This document shows positions 1 through 12,019 of a stretch of 64,000 bases of DNA, in pieces; position 1 is the first letter of the stretch; every line of letters starts with the position of its first letter. The notes below the pieces were generated by a model. That model saw nothing but the letters and a program-made list of their open reading frames with translations. It ran no database searches and was not told the origin of the DNA. Made by a program: the position numbers and the translations under genes. The stretch is from the NCBI GenBank assembly GCA_964035545.1, contig OZ037770.1, positions 11,180,463 to 11,244,462 of the forward strand. The letters run 5' to 3'. Source of the stretch: Bugula neritina. Taxonomy: Eukaryota; Animalia; Bryozoa.

Positions 1-841
1 TACGAGGGAATGTTGCACGTACTCATAAAAAAGTAAAAGCTAAGATTATAATTTTTACTATTTGTGTAACATTAATTCTTTCAAATTTGCCTTTTAATAT
101 TAACGTTCTTGTTAGGACTGTAATGAATAAAATTCTTCCGTATTCTGCAATAAATAGTAGAGCAAATTCTCCTCTCCCGTATTCAATGTTAAAACCTGAT
201 ACCAGTTCTGATTCTCCTTCTGCTAAGTCAAATGGTGATCGGTTAGTTTCTGCTAGTATGGTAATTATTCATGCTGAAAAAATTATAGGTAGAATAAATA
301 TTATTCATAAACTGGGTATTTGTCTGAAGGATGTTTTTTCTATATTGAAATTAAGAGAGATTAATACAATACTTATAATTAATAGTGCTATGCTGATTTC
401 ATAAGAAATAGTTTGGGCCACAGCACGGATTGCTCCTAGTAGTGCATATTTAGAGTTAGAAGCTCATCCAGATAGTATGATAGTGTATACATTTAAACTT
501 GAGATTACAATAAATAGTATGATTCTTAGTTTTACAATAGTGTTGTGATTAGCTGGTGTATTATATAATATTCAGGTAATAAATATGATTGAAGTTGCTA
601 GTATTGGTCTAATGTTGTATAATACAAATAAGGATTTCTGAATTTTTGTTGTTTCTTTGGTAAACAGTTTTATAGCGTCAGCTAAAGGTTGAGGGATACC
701 TAAGAATCCAGCTTTGTTAGGTCCTTTACGTAGTTGGGCATAAGACAATACTTTTCGTTCTATTAGAGTATAAAACCCTACTCTGAGGGCTAGACAAAGA
801 AATATAGTGATAGATTTGATTATTGTGTTGATTGTTATCAT
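1..841 (-). CDS. nad1: NADH dehydrogenase subunit 1 (mitochondrial code; 3' end beyond window)
   Basis: ATG at 841; [46 protein letters not shown], ending WVRATFPR in frame at position 1. Confidence 0.95.
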
Positions 842-842
842 T

Positions 843-2537
843 TTATAAGTTTATAAGTGTAAATATTGTGATTAGTATAATCCTAGTTATGGTTATAACT
901 CAAGATATATTAGTACTTGATTGGTTTAGTTGTGTGTTTTTTTTCATTAGTTTTTTTATTCCTATTCCTCTTATTTTTTCTATTCAGGTGTTTTCGTTGT
1001 ACTGTATGATTTTTATTAATGTTGTGCTTTTTTTGTTAATATGGAAAGTCGTAATAAACGTTAAAAATCATATAGTGGTTAAAAAATGGTTTTGGGGGAT
1101 TTTTTTATGTTTTATTACTATTCATATTATAATTCCTATAAAAGTAATAATTGTAATAGTTAGTAATTTTATATAAATTGGTAAAGTTAAGTCTATTAGA
1201 TGAGGTGAAAAAAATCAATTTATCCTAGCTCCTCTGGTAATGGCCCCAATTGTTAGAGTTAAGTATGAAATTAGTGATATTTTTCTTTGGTCTCTTAAAT
1301 TTTGTATTGTTGGACCTTTGGTGGGACTTCACAAAGTTAATAAGGCTAGTTTTATTGAGTATGCGGAGGTTAGTGAGACTCTTAATAGTATTAATATTAT
1401 GGTTAGGATTGGTACATTGGTATGTATAATTGTTTCGATAATTAAGTCTTTAGAATAAAAACCTGCTATAAAAGGTAGTCCGCATAATGATATGTTGGCA
1501 ATATTTAGTGTAGTCGTGGTTAAGGGCATGGTTTGATTCATGTTTCCTAGTATTCGTATATCTTGGTTATTAAAGTTTCTGTGAATAATGTTACCTGCAC
1601 AAATAAATAGTAATGCTTTAAAAAGAGCATGAGTAATAAGGTGAAAAAATGCTAAATCGGGTTGGTTTGTCCCTAAAGACATTATTATTACTCCTAGTTG
1701 TCTGAGTGTGGATAAAGCAATTATTTTTTTTAAATCGTTTTCTATACATGCTCTTATTCTGGCTATTAAGCAGGTTATAATTCCGGTGATTATTATGAAT
1801 ATTGAAAAGTGTTTTAATATATTAAAAGAGGGGAAAAATCGGATTAATAAGTAAATTCCTGCTGTAACTAAGGTAGAGGAATGCACTAGAGCGGAAACAG
1901 GGGTGGGGGCTGCTATTGCTGCGGGCAGTCAAGCTGAAAAAGGTAATTGTGCACTTTTAGTTATGGCTGCTAATATGATCCTTATTATAATAAATGTAGG
2001 AGATTGTAAAGTTAAGAGAAATATATTTCAATTTCCTCTTATTATGGTTCACGCTACGGCTACGATAAGTAATGCATCTCCAATTCGGTTGGTTAAAGCT
2101 GTAAGTATGGCTGCATTCATAGCTTTTTCGTTTATGTAGTATAATACTAGAAGGTAGGATGATAGACCCAATCCGTCTCATCCTAATAAAATTGTAATTA
2201 AATTAGGAAAAAAAATTAAAGCGTTTATAGATGTGATAAAAGTTATTACTGTTAAGGTAAAGTATTTAATGTTGTTGTCTGTTGCTATGTATGAAGTAGT
2301 GAATATTATAACTCTGAAAGAAATGAGTAAAACAGTGCTGCTAAAAATTATTCTAGTTTTGTCTAATAAAATGGTAATGTTAATTATTACCCTTTTAATT
2401 GATAGTAATTCTCATTCTTTGATTACCGAGCTTTGGGTATCAATTATATAAGTATGATATATTTGTGTAGTTAAAAACATTGTTATTAGTAAAATAGCAG
2501 TTATTAGTGGGTAAGTTAGATTGTTTCATTTTTTCAT
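843..2537 (-). CDS. nad5: NADH dehydrogenase subunit 5 (mitochondrial code)
   Basis: ATG 2537 to TAA 843, 564 aa; [26 protein letters not shown] motifs. Confidence 0.95.
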
Positions 2538-2540
2538 TTT

Positions 2541-2606
2541 TGGAAAAAGAAAGTTATTTTTCATTTATTAATTCACAATTAATTGTTTTTGTTAAACTAT
2601 TTTTCC
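2541..2606 (-). tRNA. trnH: mt tRNA-His (GTG)
   Basis: Acceptor stem GGAAAAA/TTTTTCC, anticodon GTG at 2576-2574, canonical position between nad4 and nad5. Confidence 0.88.
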
Positions 2607-3957
2607 AAATGTTGAGTTGATATAAAAAAATTGTTATAATAAATACTGGTAATGATAAGGCAGACAAAAAGTTTATTTGATTTCTGGTGATTTTTTTGTT
2701 AGGTAGTGTTAATTTAGATGGTCTTCCTTTTTGAGAAGAGAATAAGTATAGGTTGTATGCTCCTCTAATTAAAGTGGTTATAATTGCAATTGTAAAAAAT
2801 GCAAATGTTATTTTTATTATTCTTGTGTAAATTAAAATTTCTCTGACCAAGTTTAATGAAGGTGGAGCGGCTATATTAGCAGCAGCTAATAAGAACCAAA
2901 AAAATAGTATTTTAGGCTGTGTTATTATTACTCCCTTCTGTATTATTAAGTTTCGGGTGTTTGTTATTTCATACGAAATGTTTGCTATAGCAAATATTCC
3001 TGGTGACCTAATCCCGTGTGCTAGTATTATAATTATTGAGCCTAATATACCTAAGTTAGAATTTCTTAAAATTCCTAAAATTATTATATTTATATGGATT
3101 ACTGAGGAATAGGCAATTAATATTTTTAAATCTACGGATCTGAGGCAAATAATTCCTACTATTATAGTTCCTCAAAGGTTTACTCTATAAAATAAGTTTT
3201 TTATGTTTCTGACAATTTTAAATCTTATTTTTGTAATTTGAATTAAACCCCAGCCTCCTAGTTTGAGCAAAATGCCTGCTAAGATTATGGAACCCCTGAC
3301 TGGTGCTTCTACGTGGGCTTTAGGTAATCATAAATGGACAGTTCATATTGGGGTTTTTACTAAAAATGCTATTATTAAAGCGGAGGTTTGTAAAGTTTGT
3401 ATTGATATTCTTTGTATTAAGTGTAGGGGTGAGTTAGCCATTATTGTTATAGAAAATAAATTTTTGTTGATTTTTGTAATTATGATTAATAGAGGGAGTC
3501 TAGCACAAATTGTGTATATTATAAAGTAAAATCTCGATTTTAACCGTTCTGGTTGGTATCCTCATTTGATAATTAGAATTAGTGTAGGGATTAAAGATGC
3601 TTCAAAAGTGATATATATTATTAGTAAATTGTCAGTAATAAAAAAGGTAATGGTAATAATTAATAAAGAAATTAGTAAATAGATAAAATTGCTGAAGTTT
3701 TTGCTTATATAGTCATATTTTGTTCTTACCAGTACGGTTATTATTGTGATTCAAATAGAAATAATGGTCATGGCAATAGAAAAGTTCGAACAATTAAATA
3801 TTCTCGAGGTTCAAGAGTAATTACTAGATGTTTTTCACAGTTTTGTTGTTGTAGTTATTAAAGATAGTGTAAATATTCAAAAAATAGGTGTTATTTTATT
3901 ATTTCTTATAATTTGTGTTATAAAAGAGAAACTTAGTAAAATAAAAACTGTTAAAAT
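2607..3957 (-). CDS. nad4: NADH dehydrogenase subunit 4 (mitochondrial code)
   Basis: Probable ATT start at 3957 overlapping nad4L by 7 bp; incomplete T stop abutting trnH; [32 protein letters not shown] motifs. Confidence 0.93.
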
Positions 3958-4271
3958 TTAAATTTTCTAATTAATCTCAGTATATCTGACCCTTTAATTC
4001 GGGTTAATCTAATTATTAATCTTAACGCTATCCTGGCTTCACATGCTCTCATAATTAATATATAAAATGCAACTGAAATTGGTTGAAGTTGCGAAACTAT
4101 TTTTATTAATAGTATCATAAATACTATAAGGTTTATTAGTTCTAAAGTGATTAATAGTAATAATAATTGTTTACGTATAAAAAATATTCTGATTAAAGTT
4201 ATTACTATTATTAAAAAAAATACTATGTTTATCGAAACGAAATTTTTTGAAACTAAAGTTTGTATTAGCAT
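3951..4271 (-). CDS. nad4L: NADH dehydrogenase subunit 4L (mitochondrial code)
   Basis: Small hydrophobic ORF with LE...ACEAS motif upstream of nad4; ATG at 4271 (alternative in-frame ATA at 4232). Confidence 0.88.
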   Translation of the reverse strand: MLIQTLVSKNFVSINIVFFLIIVITLIRIFFIRKQLLLLLITLELINLIVFMILLIKIVSQLQPISVAFYILIMRACEARIALRLIIRLTRIKGSDILRLIRKFKF

Positions 4272-4281
4272 TTTTATTAAT

Positions 4282-5388
4282 TTAATTTTTTCTTATAATT
4301 AAATAAAGAGAAAAGTAGGTTACTGTTATAAATTGCCCAATTTCTTCAAATGGGGATTCTACAGGTTTTCTACCAATTCATATTAAAACGATGAAGTTGG
4401 CTACTAACAACCAAAATATTATTTTGTTTTTAGGATTTATTCTTGATGATTTGGTGAGTGGTTTGTTTATTATAGGTAAAAAGTATAAGATGGCAATGGA
4501 CATGATCAGAGCTAATACACCTCCTAATTTATTAGGGATAGACCGTAAAATAGCATATATAGGTAGAAAGTACCATTCTGGTTGGATGTGGGTAGGTGTT
4601 ACTAAAGGGTTAGCCGGAATAAAATTTTCTGGATCAATTAGTAAGTTTGGTTTTAGTAAGACTACACTTCCTAGTAAAATTCATAGTAGAGTAACTCCGA
4701 TTAAATCTTTAGCTGAAAAGTAAATATGAAATTTTATAGTTTCATTGTTTCTGTTTAATCCTAATGGATTTCTTGACCCTGATTGATGTAAAAAAATAAT
4801 ATGTAGTAAAGAGAGCGCTCTGATTAAGAAAGGAAATAAAAAATGAAGGGCATAAAATCGGGTTAAAGTAGCGTTTCTAACAGAAAATCCTCCTCAAATT
4901 CAGTTTACAATAGTTCTCCCTAAATATGGGATAGCTGATAGCAGGTTCGTAATTACTGTAGCTGCTCAAAATGATATTTGACCTCATGGTAATACATAAC
5001 CTAAGAAAGCGGTAAGAATCGTAATTAAGAGGAGTGTGACTCCTACTAATCAGGTTTCTTTTATTTGGTGTGAAGAGTAGTAAATACCTCGTCCTGTGTG
5101 TATATAAATACAAATAAAAAATATAGATGCTCTGTTAGCGTGGATTGAGCGAATTAGTCAGCCAAAATTTACGTCTCGAGAAATATAAATAGCAGAATCA
5201 AAAGCCTGATAGATATTTGGAATATAAAACATGGCCAAAAAAATTCCTGTTAAAATTTGTGTGATTAGGCATAAACCTAATAAAGACCCGAAAGATCATA
5301 ATGCAGAAATATTTTTAGGACAAGCTAGTTGAATTAAAGAGTTGGTTATTTTTCCTATTGGGTTGTGTTTTATTATTTGGTTTTTCAT
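4282..5388 (-). CDS. cob: Cytochrome b (mitochondrial code)
   Basis: ATG 5388 to TAA 4282, 368 aa; [38 protein letters not shown] motifs. Confidence 0.96.
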
Positions 5389-5446
5389 AGAACTCGCAAT
5401 AATTTAATCGCTTTTCTAAGTTAGAAGCTTAGACGTTTATAAGTTC
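5389..5446 (-). tRNA. trnS1: mt tRNA-Ser1 (TCT), D-arm-less
   Basis: Acceptor GAACTT/GAGTTC; anticodon arm TCTAAG-CTTCTAA-CTTAGA; no D stem. Confidence 0.85.
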
Positions 5447-5452
5447 ATTTTA

Positions 5453-5510
5453 AAACTTGAGTATTGTATGTGTACTTTATTAGATTTGCAATCTAATTTT
5501 GTTTCAAGTT
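5453..5510 (-). tRNA. trnC: mt tRNA-Cys (GCA), D-arm-less
   Basis: Acceptor AACTTGA/TCAAGTT; anticodon arm TTAGA-TTGCAAA-TCTAA; short T arm; same strand as all neighbours. Confidence 0.75.
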
Positions 5511-5519
5511 GTTTTAATT

Positions 5520-6191
5520 TTAGTATGCACTACATCATTCTAAGAATTTTTTGTTCGAGATAGCTTCGATTTCGATGGGTATAAATCTGTGTTGTTCTCC
5601 ACAAATTTCGGAGCATTGTCCATATATAATTCTTGGGCGGATTACGTTAAAGTATACTTGATTGAGTCGTCCAGGTACTGCGTCGGCTTTTACCCCTAAT
5701 CTGGGTACTGCTCAGCAGTGTAGAACGTCAGATGCGGTGATTAGTACGCGGATATTTTTTATTATTGGTAATACTAAAGGGCTGTCCGTTTGTAACAGTC
5801 GGTATTCATCTATATAAAGTTCTTGTTCTTTATATATGAATGCTTCAAATCTAATGTCTAGATCAGCCAAGTTGTATTCTCAGTATCATTTATGACCTAT
5901 TACTTTGATAGTTAAGTAAGGGTTTCTTTCCTCTATAAAATACAAAATTTGTAAGGATGGTACTACTAAAGCTAGCAAAATAAAAATTGGAAGAATGGTT
6001 CAAATGGTTTCTACTAGGGTTGGAATAATTGAGTCCGAAATTAATTTGTTTCTTATTATAGAGATTGAGATTCCTGTTACAAAAACTAAAATGTTAATGA
6101 TTAAAGCTAATGAATAGTCGTGAAATAATGATAAAAGTTGGTTGACTGTTCTGTTTCTTTCTTGTAAAAGAACTTGTGATCATGTTGACAT
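5520..6191 (-). CDS. cox2: Cytochrome c oxidase subunit II (mitochondrial code)
   Basis: ATG 6191 to TAA 5520, 223 aa; [19 protein letters not shown], CuA motif [15 protein letters not shown]. Confidence 0.96.
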
Positions 6192-6192
6192 T

Positions 6193-7128
6193 TTATAATA
6201 TTATAATTAAAGGGGAATGTAAAATTAGTAGTATTATTATACCTTGTCAGATTAAGTTTTTATTTCTATTTGATTTAACTAAATTGGTGATAATAAATGT
6301 TAAATAGTAATAGGAAGAAAGTGCTGTTCCTAGGATTAATGTACTTGCAATAAAAGTATAATAACTAAGTTTTGTTAAAATTATTAGTTTTAAGAAAAAT
6401 ATAGAAAAAGGAGGTAGTCCAGCTAAAACTATCAATATTGCAATAATTTTAGGTATGTTTGGGTCGTTATTGGAATAGTAAATGTTAATTTTGTTTAAGT
6501 TTTTTTTGTTTAAAAAAAAAAATAAGATTGTTCTGATTAAAAAGTAGTAAATTAAATAGGTTGTTATTAATTTAGAAGAGTGTACTAAAGAAGTACTTAT
6601 TCAAGCTGTGTGAGAAACTGAAGAATATCCTAATAAAGTTCGTAAGTTAATTTGGTTTAGCCCTAATATTCCCCTAAATAAAATTCTTAGACTTCTTCTG
6701 ATTAAAAGAAATATAAATCTGTTGTTATTTCTTTTTATTAAAATAATAATTGGTCCGATTTTTTGAATTGTAGCAATTATAAAACACCCAAATCAAGTTA
6801 AAGTAGTTATGATTGTTGGGACTCATTGAAAAAATGGGAATAAGCCGATTTTTAATAAGATTCTTAACAAAAATAGGTTTTCAGATTGAATTAGTCTGTT
6901 AATAGCTATGGATGTTAATATTAGTGCTGATCCCCCTGATTGTAGAAGTAAATATTTTACTATTCTGTCAATGGAAGACTTGTTTATAATAAATATAGGT
7001 AAAAACCCTAAAAGGGAGAGTTCGAACCCAATTCATATGGCCAATCAGTTGGAGCTTCTTATAATTATAGCAAGACCTGTTATATTAGTAAAAAAGAATA
7101 CGAATCATGCTGGGTATATTTTTGTCAT
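6193..7128 (-). CDS. nad2: NADH dehydrogenase subunit 2 (mitochondrial code)
   Basis: ATG 7128 to TAA 6193, 311 aa; WIGFEL, KYFLLQS, GYSSVSH, LAGLPPF motifs. Confidence 0.93.
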
Positions 7129-7158
7129 TAAGTTGTGCTATTAATAAATGTATTATAA

Positions 7159-7398
7159 TTATTTAATCCATCTTAGGGAACCTTCTTTTCATTCGTGAAT
7201 TAGTCCTAATATAAGAATAATTAAAAATAAAGATCTGGCTAAAATAGAAGATTTAATTATTTTTATTTTTAGTCTTAAAATTACGGGGAACAGCAAAGCT
7301 ACTTCAATGTCAAAAATTAAAAAAATCACCGCTAATAAAAAAAATCGTATGGAAAAAGGCAGACGGGCTCTATCTTTAGGGTCAAAACCGCATTCGAA
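7159..7398 (-). pseudogene. nad3: nad3 3' fragment, 5'-truncated at the mtDNA/nuclear junction
   Basis: FECGFDP...[21 protein letters not shown]...HEWKEGSLSWIK*; N-terminal part replaced by non-mt sequence. Confidence 0.92.
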
Positions 7399-8359
7399 GT
7401 TTCACTGCTAGTTACATGTAATTACTCACATGCCTGCTTAGCTGTGTTATAGCATGTACACATAATTATACTTTGAAGAGTTTGTAGGCCTACTACATTA
7501 TGTTCAAAGGACGTCAATGCTTTACATAGTTTCATGTTATAGCCAAAACTTTTTTAAAAGAAAAGTATTACTAAGAGAAGCAAAGCTCAGTTTAGGCAAA
7601 AATTTATTTAACATATTTTATATAGTTGATTGATTTATTGCATATCACAGACATGACAACATGTTGCGAAATTCAGTGTAAATACTGGCTATAATATAAG
7701 TAGGCATGAACAAAAATGAATGAAAAAAAAGTCAAAACTCTGTAGGAATATTTAAAATAGAAGCTCATTTAAAGTATTTACAAGAGGCAGACATCTTTTA
7801 ATTCAATATCATCTTGAAATATTTTGTCTGCCCTATATCTATATTGCATGTTTTACAACAGGTCTAATAGTTTTATTTGAAAGTTCTAATTGATCGATAT
7901 GTTATACTTGGGGTGAACTTATCCTCGATTATGCATAACATTTTGTGACCCAGGATCAGCCAAGCCAGCTGTAAAACTACAGCTAAGTTTCAATAAGACT
8001 AGCTGATGTAGATATTTAGAGCATGAGAAGTTGAGAAGCTATAACATTAAATGGTTTCACTGAAAACCCAAGCAAAAAGTTAATAACTCAATATTTTCAA
8101 CATACTTTCACTGCTTCCTTTATCAGAATTTGCTTCATACTTTTCAACCAGAAATTCTTTCAGAAGCGGTTTTCAGATAATTCAGTTTACCTATGTTGCA
8201 ATTTGATGAGTTGAGAAACTTGGGTTTTCAGGTTCAGTAATGGCTGGCTTAGGTTGGCCTTTTACCTATTTCATTATATAACTATGTTTTAACTTACCAC
8301 CTACATTAACTAGGACCTTGAGTCTACTGCAGCTGACAGAGATGACTACTACACACGGG

Positions 8360-8502
8360 TAGGTGCAGTAATGGAGAAATTGAGAAAAGCCTTTGTTCTA
8401 GATTAGAAATGTAGCAAAAGAAGTTATGTTATGTGCAACACTAAAATTTATAAAGAAATTCAAAAAACTTAGGCTATCTCAATTTCTTCACTACTGTTCC
8501 TA
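8360..8502. mobile_element. Small MITE (~143 bp)
   Basis: Imperfect TIR TAGGTGCAGTAATGGAGAAATTGAGA / TCTCAATTTCTTCACTACTGTTCCTA; second copy at 32985-33136. Confidence 0.7.
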
Positions 8503-8759
8503 TACTACAAGCCACAGGCATAATATTAAGAAATAACAAAACTGTAACACAAAAACCTGAATGCCAACAGCTAAAAGGCTATCGGGGTTTATCTAGATAT
8601 ATTTATTTGAGCACAATTGTTGCAAGTGCAATATAGATGCATTTAACCTGCTATAGAAAATTAAACGACATGTATTAATCCACATTTCATATTCGTTTGA
8701 TGATACAAATTTAACCAGTCTATTTAATAATATATCGTTTATCTATAGTTTTGTGAGAA

Positions 8760-9290
8760 TGCTTCTTGAAAATGATGGATATTGAGGTAGGTAGTTTAGC
8801 TATTCTCATAACATAAGTGCATAAGTATATAATTAATTGAAAATGCTAACAGCTAATCTGCTGTCTCATTCACTAGCAGAGCTCTAAGACTGTGCTAACA
8901 GCAGATTCTGACCAAAAAGTTGAAAGGTCAACAGCTATGAATTGAACATGACAGCCAGTATAACAAATAATTGATGAGACTTGTATCATAGTTACCACTT
9001 CAACTTGCTCAGTAACCAAAACCACAAACATGCTTTGAAGTTTATTTTTCTCAAGATTTGTCGAAAAAGAAATTTTTTAAAAATTTTCTGGAACTGCTAT
9101 TATGTATGCTTAGGCCAAAATATTTATCTCAGAAAAGAAAAAACTCATGCTAGCAATAGTCCTCACACAAACCTTAAATTTCTCCTGATTTTATGACTTT
9201 CTATATATCATATAGACTCCCCCATATACCGGGTGGGAGGAGACAACTTCAAATTATAAAAGCCCCCAGAGGGACATTTGAAAAGGGTCT
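8760..9290 (+). mobile_element. Diverged single arm of the long-TIR element family found at 13902-17112
   Basis: Clear similarity to 16535-17112, including the terminal ...GGAGACAACTT...TCT|ATT. Confidence 0.7.
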
Positions 9291-9867
9291 ATTAAAATGT
9301 AATATTATATAGAAAACCAGGTAACTGCATGTATATTTGTAAAATAAAGTACAGCTTATAATGTAAAGTCAAGGAACTAGTTTATAGTTTTGTAATCCTA
9401 GGAGAAAATTAGTAACAATTTCAAGATTGGTTTTAAAAACAGCTACAAATGAAAACATAAAACATGTAGATTCTACTAAACAATATTATTTTCCAACATC
9501 ATCTAATTTTTTTAAACTAAATGACATTCTACTCAGTGTATAGTTGACAGTATTACAGGTGACAAGAAACCTTAAAGTTTTCATTCAATGACTAAACTTA
9601 TCTTCCTTTTCACACCTTACGCAGTGGGAATTGCTATAGAAGAAACAGTGTCTGGACACACGTTCTCCATGATGAATGTCTTATGTAACTAATATAATCA
9701 AATTTCTAAAGTTTTGTTTATACCTTCACGATTTTCAGTTTGACTATATAAAGGGGTACTCGGACAAGCATTGTTAACTGAAAATCGGTACTTTCTTTAG
9801 CTGAGGTATATCTGCAACTTTAAACTTGGGACTCCAACTCACTCCAGTATAATCACTAACTTAGTAG

Positions 9868-10213
9868 TGTAATGGGATTACGTAGTATAATAATGGGGTC
9901 GTCCCCTCTTGTATGGAATACTTATAACTATGTTCTACTATCCAATCAGAGGGACCGGAAGACAAGGTTCCGGTCAAGTGACTTTACGCGGGTTAGCTAG
10001 CAGAAACCATGTGTTGTTGAGAGCAGGGACTCGTAGTAGTAACATGTGTTTATAATTGATTGATGTATTGTGGTATTTTGATGTGATGTTATAATTATGT
10101 TTATCGAGTTAAATAAAGGTTATCGTACGCAAGCTCTACTAGTAATTGCTAGTTAAATTGACACTAAATACGCAGGCAATCCACGCTTGATAATTGTGCT
10201 AAAACTCACAACA
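9868..10213 (+). repeat. 5' LTR
   Basis: TGTAATGGG...CACAACA, direct repeat of 12020-12365; contains AATAAA. Confidence 0.95.
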
Positions 10214-10214
10214 G

Positions 10215-10232
10215 TGGTGGCAGCGGTAGGAT
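10215..10232 (+). promoter_or_regulatory. Primer-binding site, tRNA-Leu type
   Basis: TGGTGGCAGCGGTAGGAT one base after the LTR; complementary to the 3' end of eukaryotic tRNA-Leu (AUCCCACCGCUGCCACCA) with one mismatch. Confidence 0.85.
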
Positions 10233-10247
10233 TTCGCGTATATCAAG

Positions 10248-11143
10248 ATGACAGAAAGAGGCGCAGAGCTACCCATTCGGAGGAATGAAGGTGAGGAAGA
10301 TAACGTTGCTATACCTATAGAACCAGAAGTGAGAGTGCATAGGGAATGTTATGAGGAGAAGTACCGGCTGAGGGTGCCCACCTTCTCAGGTGAGGAGCCG
10401 GTGGAGTAATTTGTTCAGGAATTCCTAGATGTAATGGAGGTTGCACAGTGGCCACCCCGAATAGCATTGCTCAAGCTCCGGATGGCGCTGTCAGACAAAG
10501 CCAAGCCATACGGAGTGGGACCAGGCATCGACGGGATTTTGCTTCCCTGCGGGCCCGTTTTGGTATCTCCGCTGTAGATGCGCGGGCCCGTCTCCAAAGA
10601 CTGCGGCGTGATCCTCACACGCCGCTACAAGAGCACGCTACCACGGTAATGAGGCTGGCGCAGATCCGATCTGCCACAAGTAAACCGTGAGAGGTACACT
10701 TATGATGCCTTCGTGCTATCCATCAATGACTTGGGACTCCATCACCAACTCCTGGCGAGGGGAGTCACCATGGTCGAAGGTGCGCTTGCAGAAGGGGAAG
10801 CTTACCTTCTGGCCAGTCAGCTGCACCGGAACCGTGTGACTTCCCGTCAGGTGGACATGGAGCCTTCCGCTGCTCCTACCGCTTCTAACGCGGAAACCTC
10901 AGCGGTGGCCAAGGTGACGCAGATGACGGTGGCATTGAAGGTCGCACAAATGACAGACATGCTAGCCGAACTGGTCTCCGCCTTGGCCCCTCTCAGCCAG
11001 CTAGACACTACTCGTGAGCTTGACGGGCCACCGGTGCAGTCGCCGGACACCCCTCCTGCTGGGAGTGCGGAAGACCAGGAAACTTCCAGAAACACTGTCC
11101 CCGACTTCAACCAGGGTTAAACTACGACGGAGCGGCAAATTGA
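10248..11143 (+). pseudogene. gag: Decayed gag (capsid + CCHC-type zinc knuckle)
   Basis: ATG 10248; RVPTFSGEEPVE*FVQEF...W...LRARFG...LQRLRR capsid-like signature; stop at 10407 and several frameshifts; knuckle CWECGRPGNFQKHC at 11057-11098. Confidence 0.85.
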
Positions 11144-11741
11144 AGAAGCCTGGGGACCGAGTAGGTCACAACGCACCTGCCATGTGTGTTACGAAGAGCT
11201 CCCCTCACACCAAGGACTACGGCTGCATGTGAATGCACACTTCCTACTACGCTTCTGTCCGTGTGGATTTCACGACGTATACCCATACCCCGTCGTGGCA
11301 CATATGATGGGCTGTTTCGCAGGCGAGGGCTATGTAGTGGACGCGGACAATTACGACCAGTATCTAGAAGCCGTCAGACCAGTGGTTAAGAAGGCTTTGA
11401 CCTGGGCCGCATTATCCTCCGGGTTTTATACACTGCTAACAGCCGCCCGCCAGAAATCCCCTATGGTGAAAACGGTCGCTGCCATCATACCTCGGCTAGA
11501 CAACACCCCCATGGAAGCATCAGACTCTCCAGAAGAAGCGACGCCAACTCCAACCAGGCCTAGCCGACTAGCAACTGTTGAGGAAAGACTCCTACGACTG
11601 CAGGATGAATTCACCCAATTGGCCCCCGACTTACTCAGCACTACAATGAGCCTTAGTGAACTAAAGGGCTCAGTGGGACGCCTTAAGCGTAGATTACGTG
11701 CACGGCAAGCACGACACCGGATCCAGTCCCTGCAAAACTAA
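11121..11741 (+). CDS. Accessory ORF of the LTR element: C2H2 zinc finger + second Cys/His motif + coiled coil (probably 5'-truncated)
   Basis: Stop-free frame 11121-11741; CHVC-x12-HVNAH at 11178-11240, then CPCG...H-x3-C; C-terminal heptads RLATVEERLLRLQDEF...LSELKGSVGRLKRRL. Confidence 0.65.
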   Translation, partial: TTTERQIEEAWGPSRSQRTCHVCYEELPSHQGLRLHVNAHFLLRFCPCGFHDVYPYPVVAHMMGCFAGEGYVVDADNYDQYLEAVRPVVKKALTWAALSSGFYTLLTAARQKSPMVKTVAAIIPRLDNTPMEASDSPEEATPTPTRPSRLATVEERLLRLQDEFTQLAPDLLSTTMSLSELKGSVGRLKRRLRARQARHRIQSLQN

Positions 11742-12019
11742 AAGCTGGAAGTTGACAATTCCACCCTGCATATCCTCGGAGTACTACATTGTGATCATGT
11801 CAATGCTTGATCTGCTAACGACCGATCTGTGTGACTATCCAGATCTCTCTCTCTGTAGCTGGCCAGCTGTGTGTTGGCCGTCTCCTTATCTTACTTATAT
11901 ATGTCGTACCTTTGATATTTCTTTTCTTTTTCTTTGTGAATTTTCCTTATTTATGTCTTTTTGCATTATTATACTATTTTGTTTTATCAGAAAGTGGGGC
12001 TTTCTGCTGGTGGGGGCGG

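Larger units (their letters stand above)
1..7399 (-). other. Mitochondrial DNA segment (NUMT or mis-assembled mtDNA), runs off the left edge of the window
   Basis: Contiguous, compactly packed mt genes and tRNAs all on the minus strand; TGA=Trp and AGA=Ser code; ends abruptly inside nad3 at ~7399 and continues as nuclear-type sequence. Confidence 0.95.

Noticed and set aside
5453-5510. Alternative reading as plus-strand tRNA-Ala (TGC)
   Set aside because: The stems are symmetric, but all neighbours are minus-strand and the minus reading gives a normal D-arm-less tRNA-Cys
87-7144. Plus-strand ORFs and short broken minus-strand ORFs over the mtDNA block
   Set aside because: Antisense shadows, or artefacts of reading TGA as stop instead of using the mitochondrial code
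7780-8195. Exon-like minus-strand fragments next to the NUMT junction (also 9570-9815)
   Set aside because: Contain stops or frameshifts and could not be joined or assigned to a family
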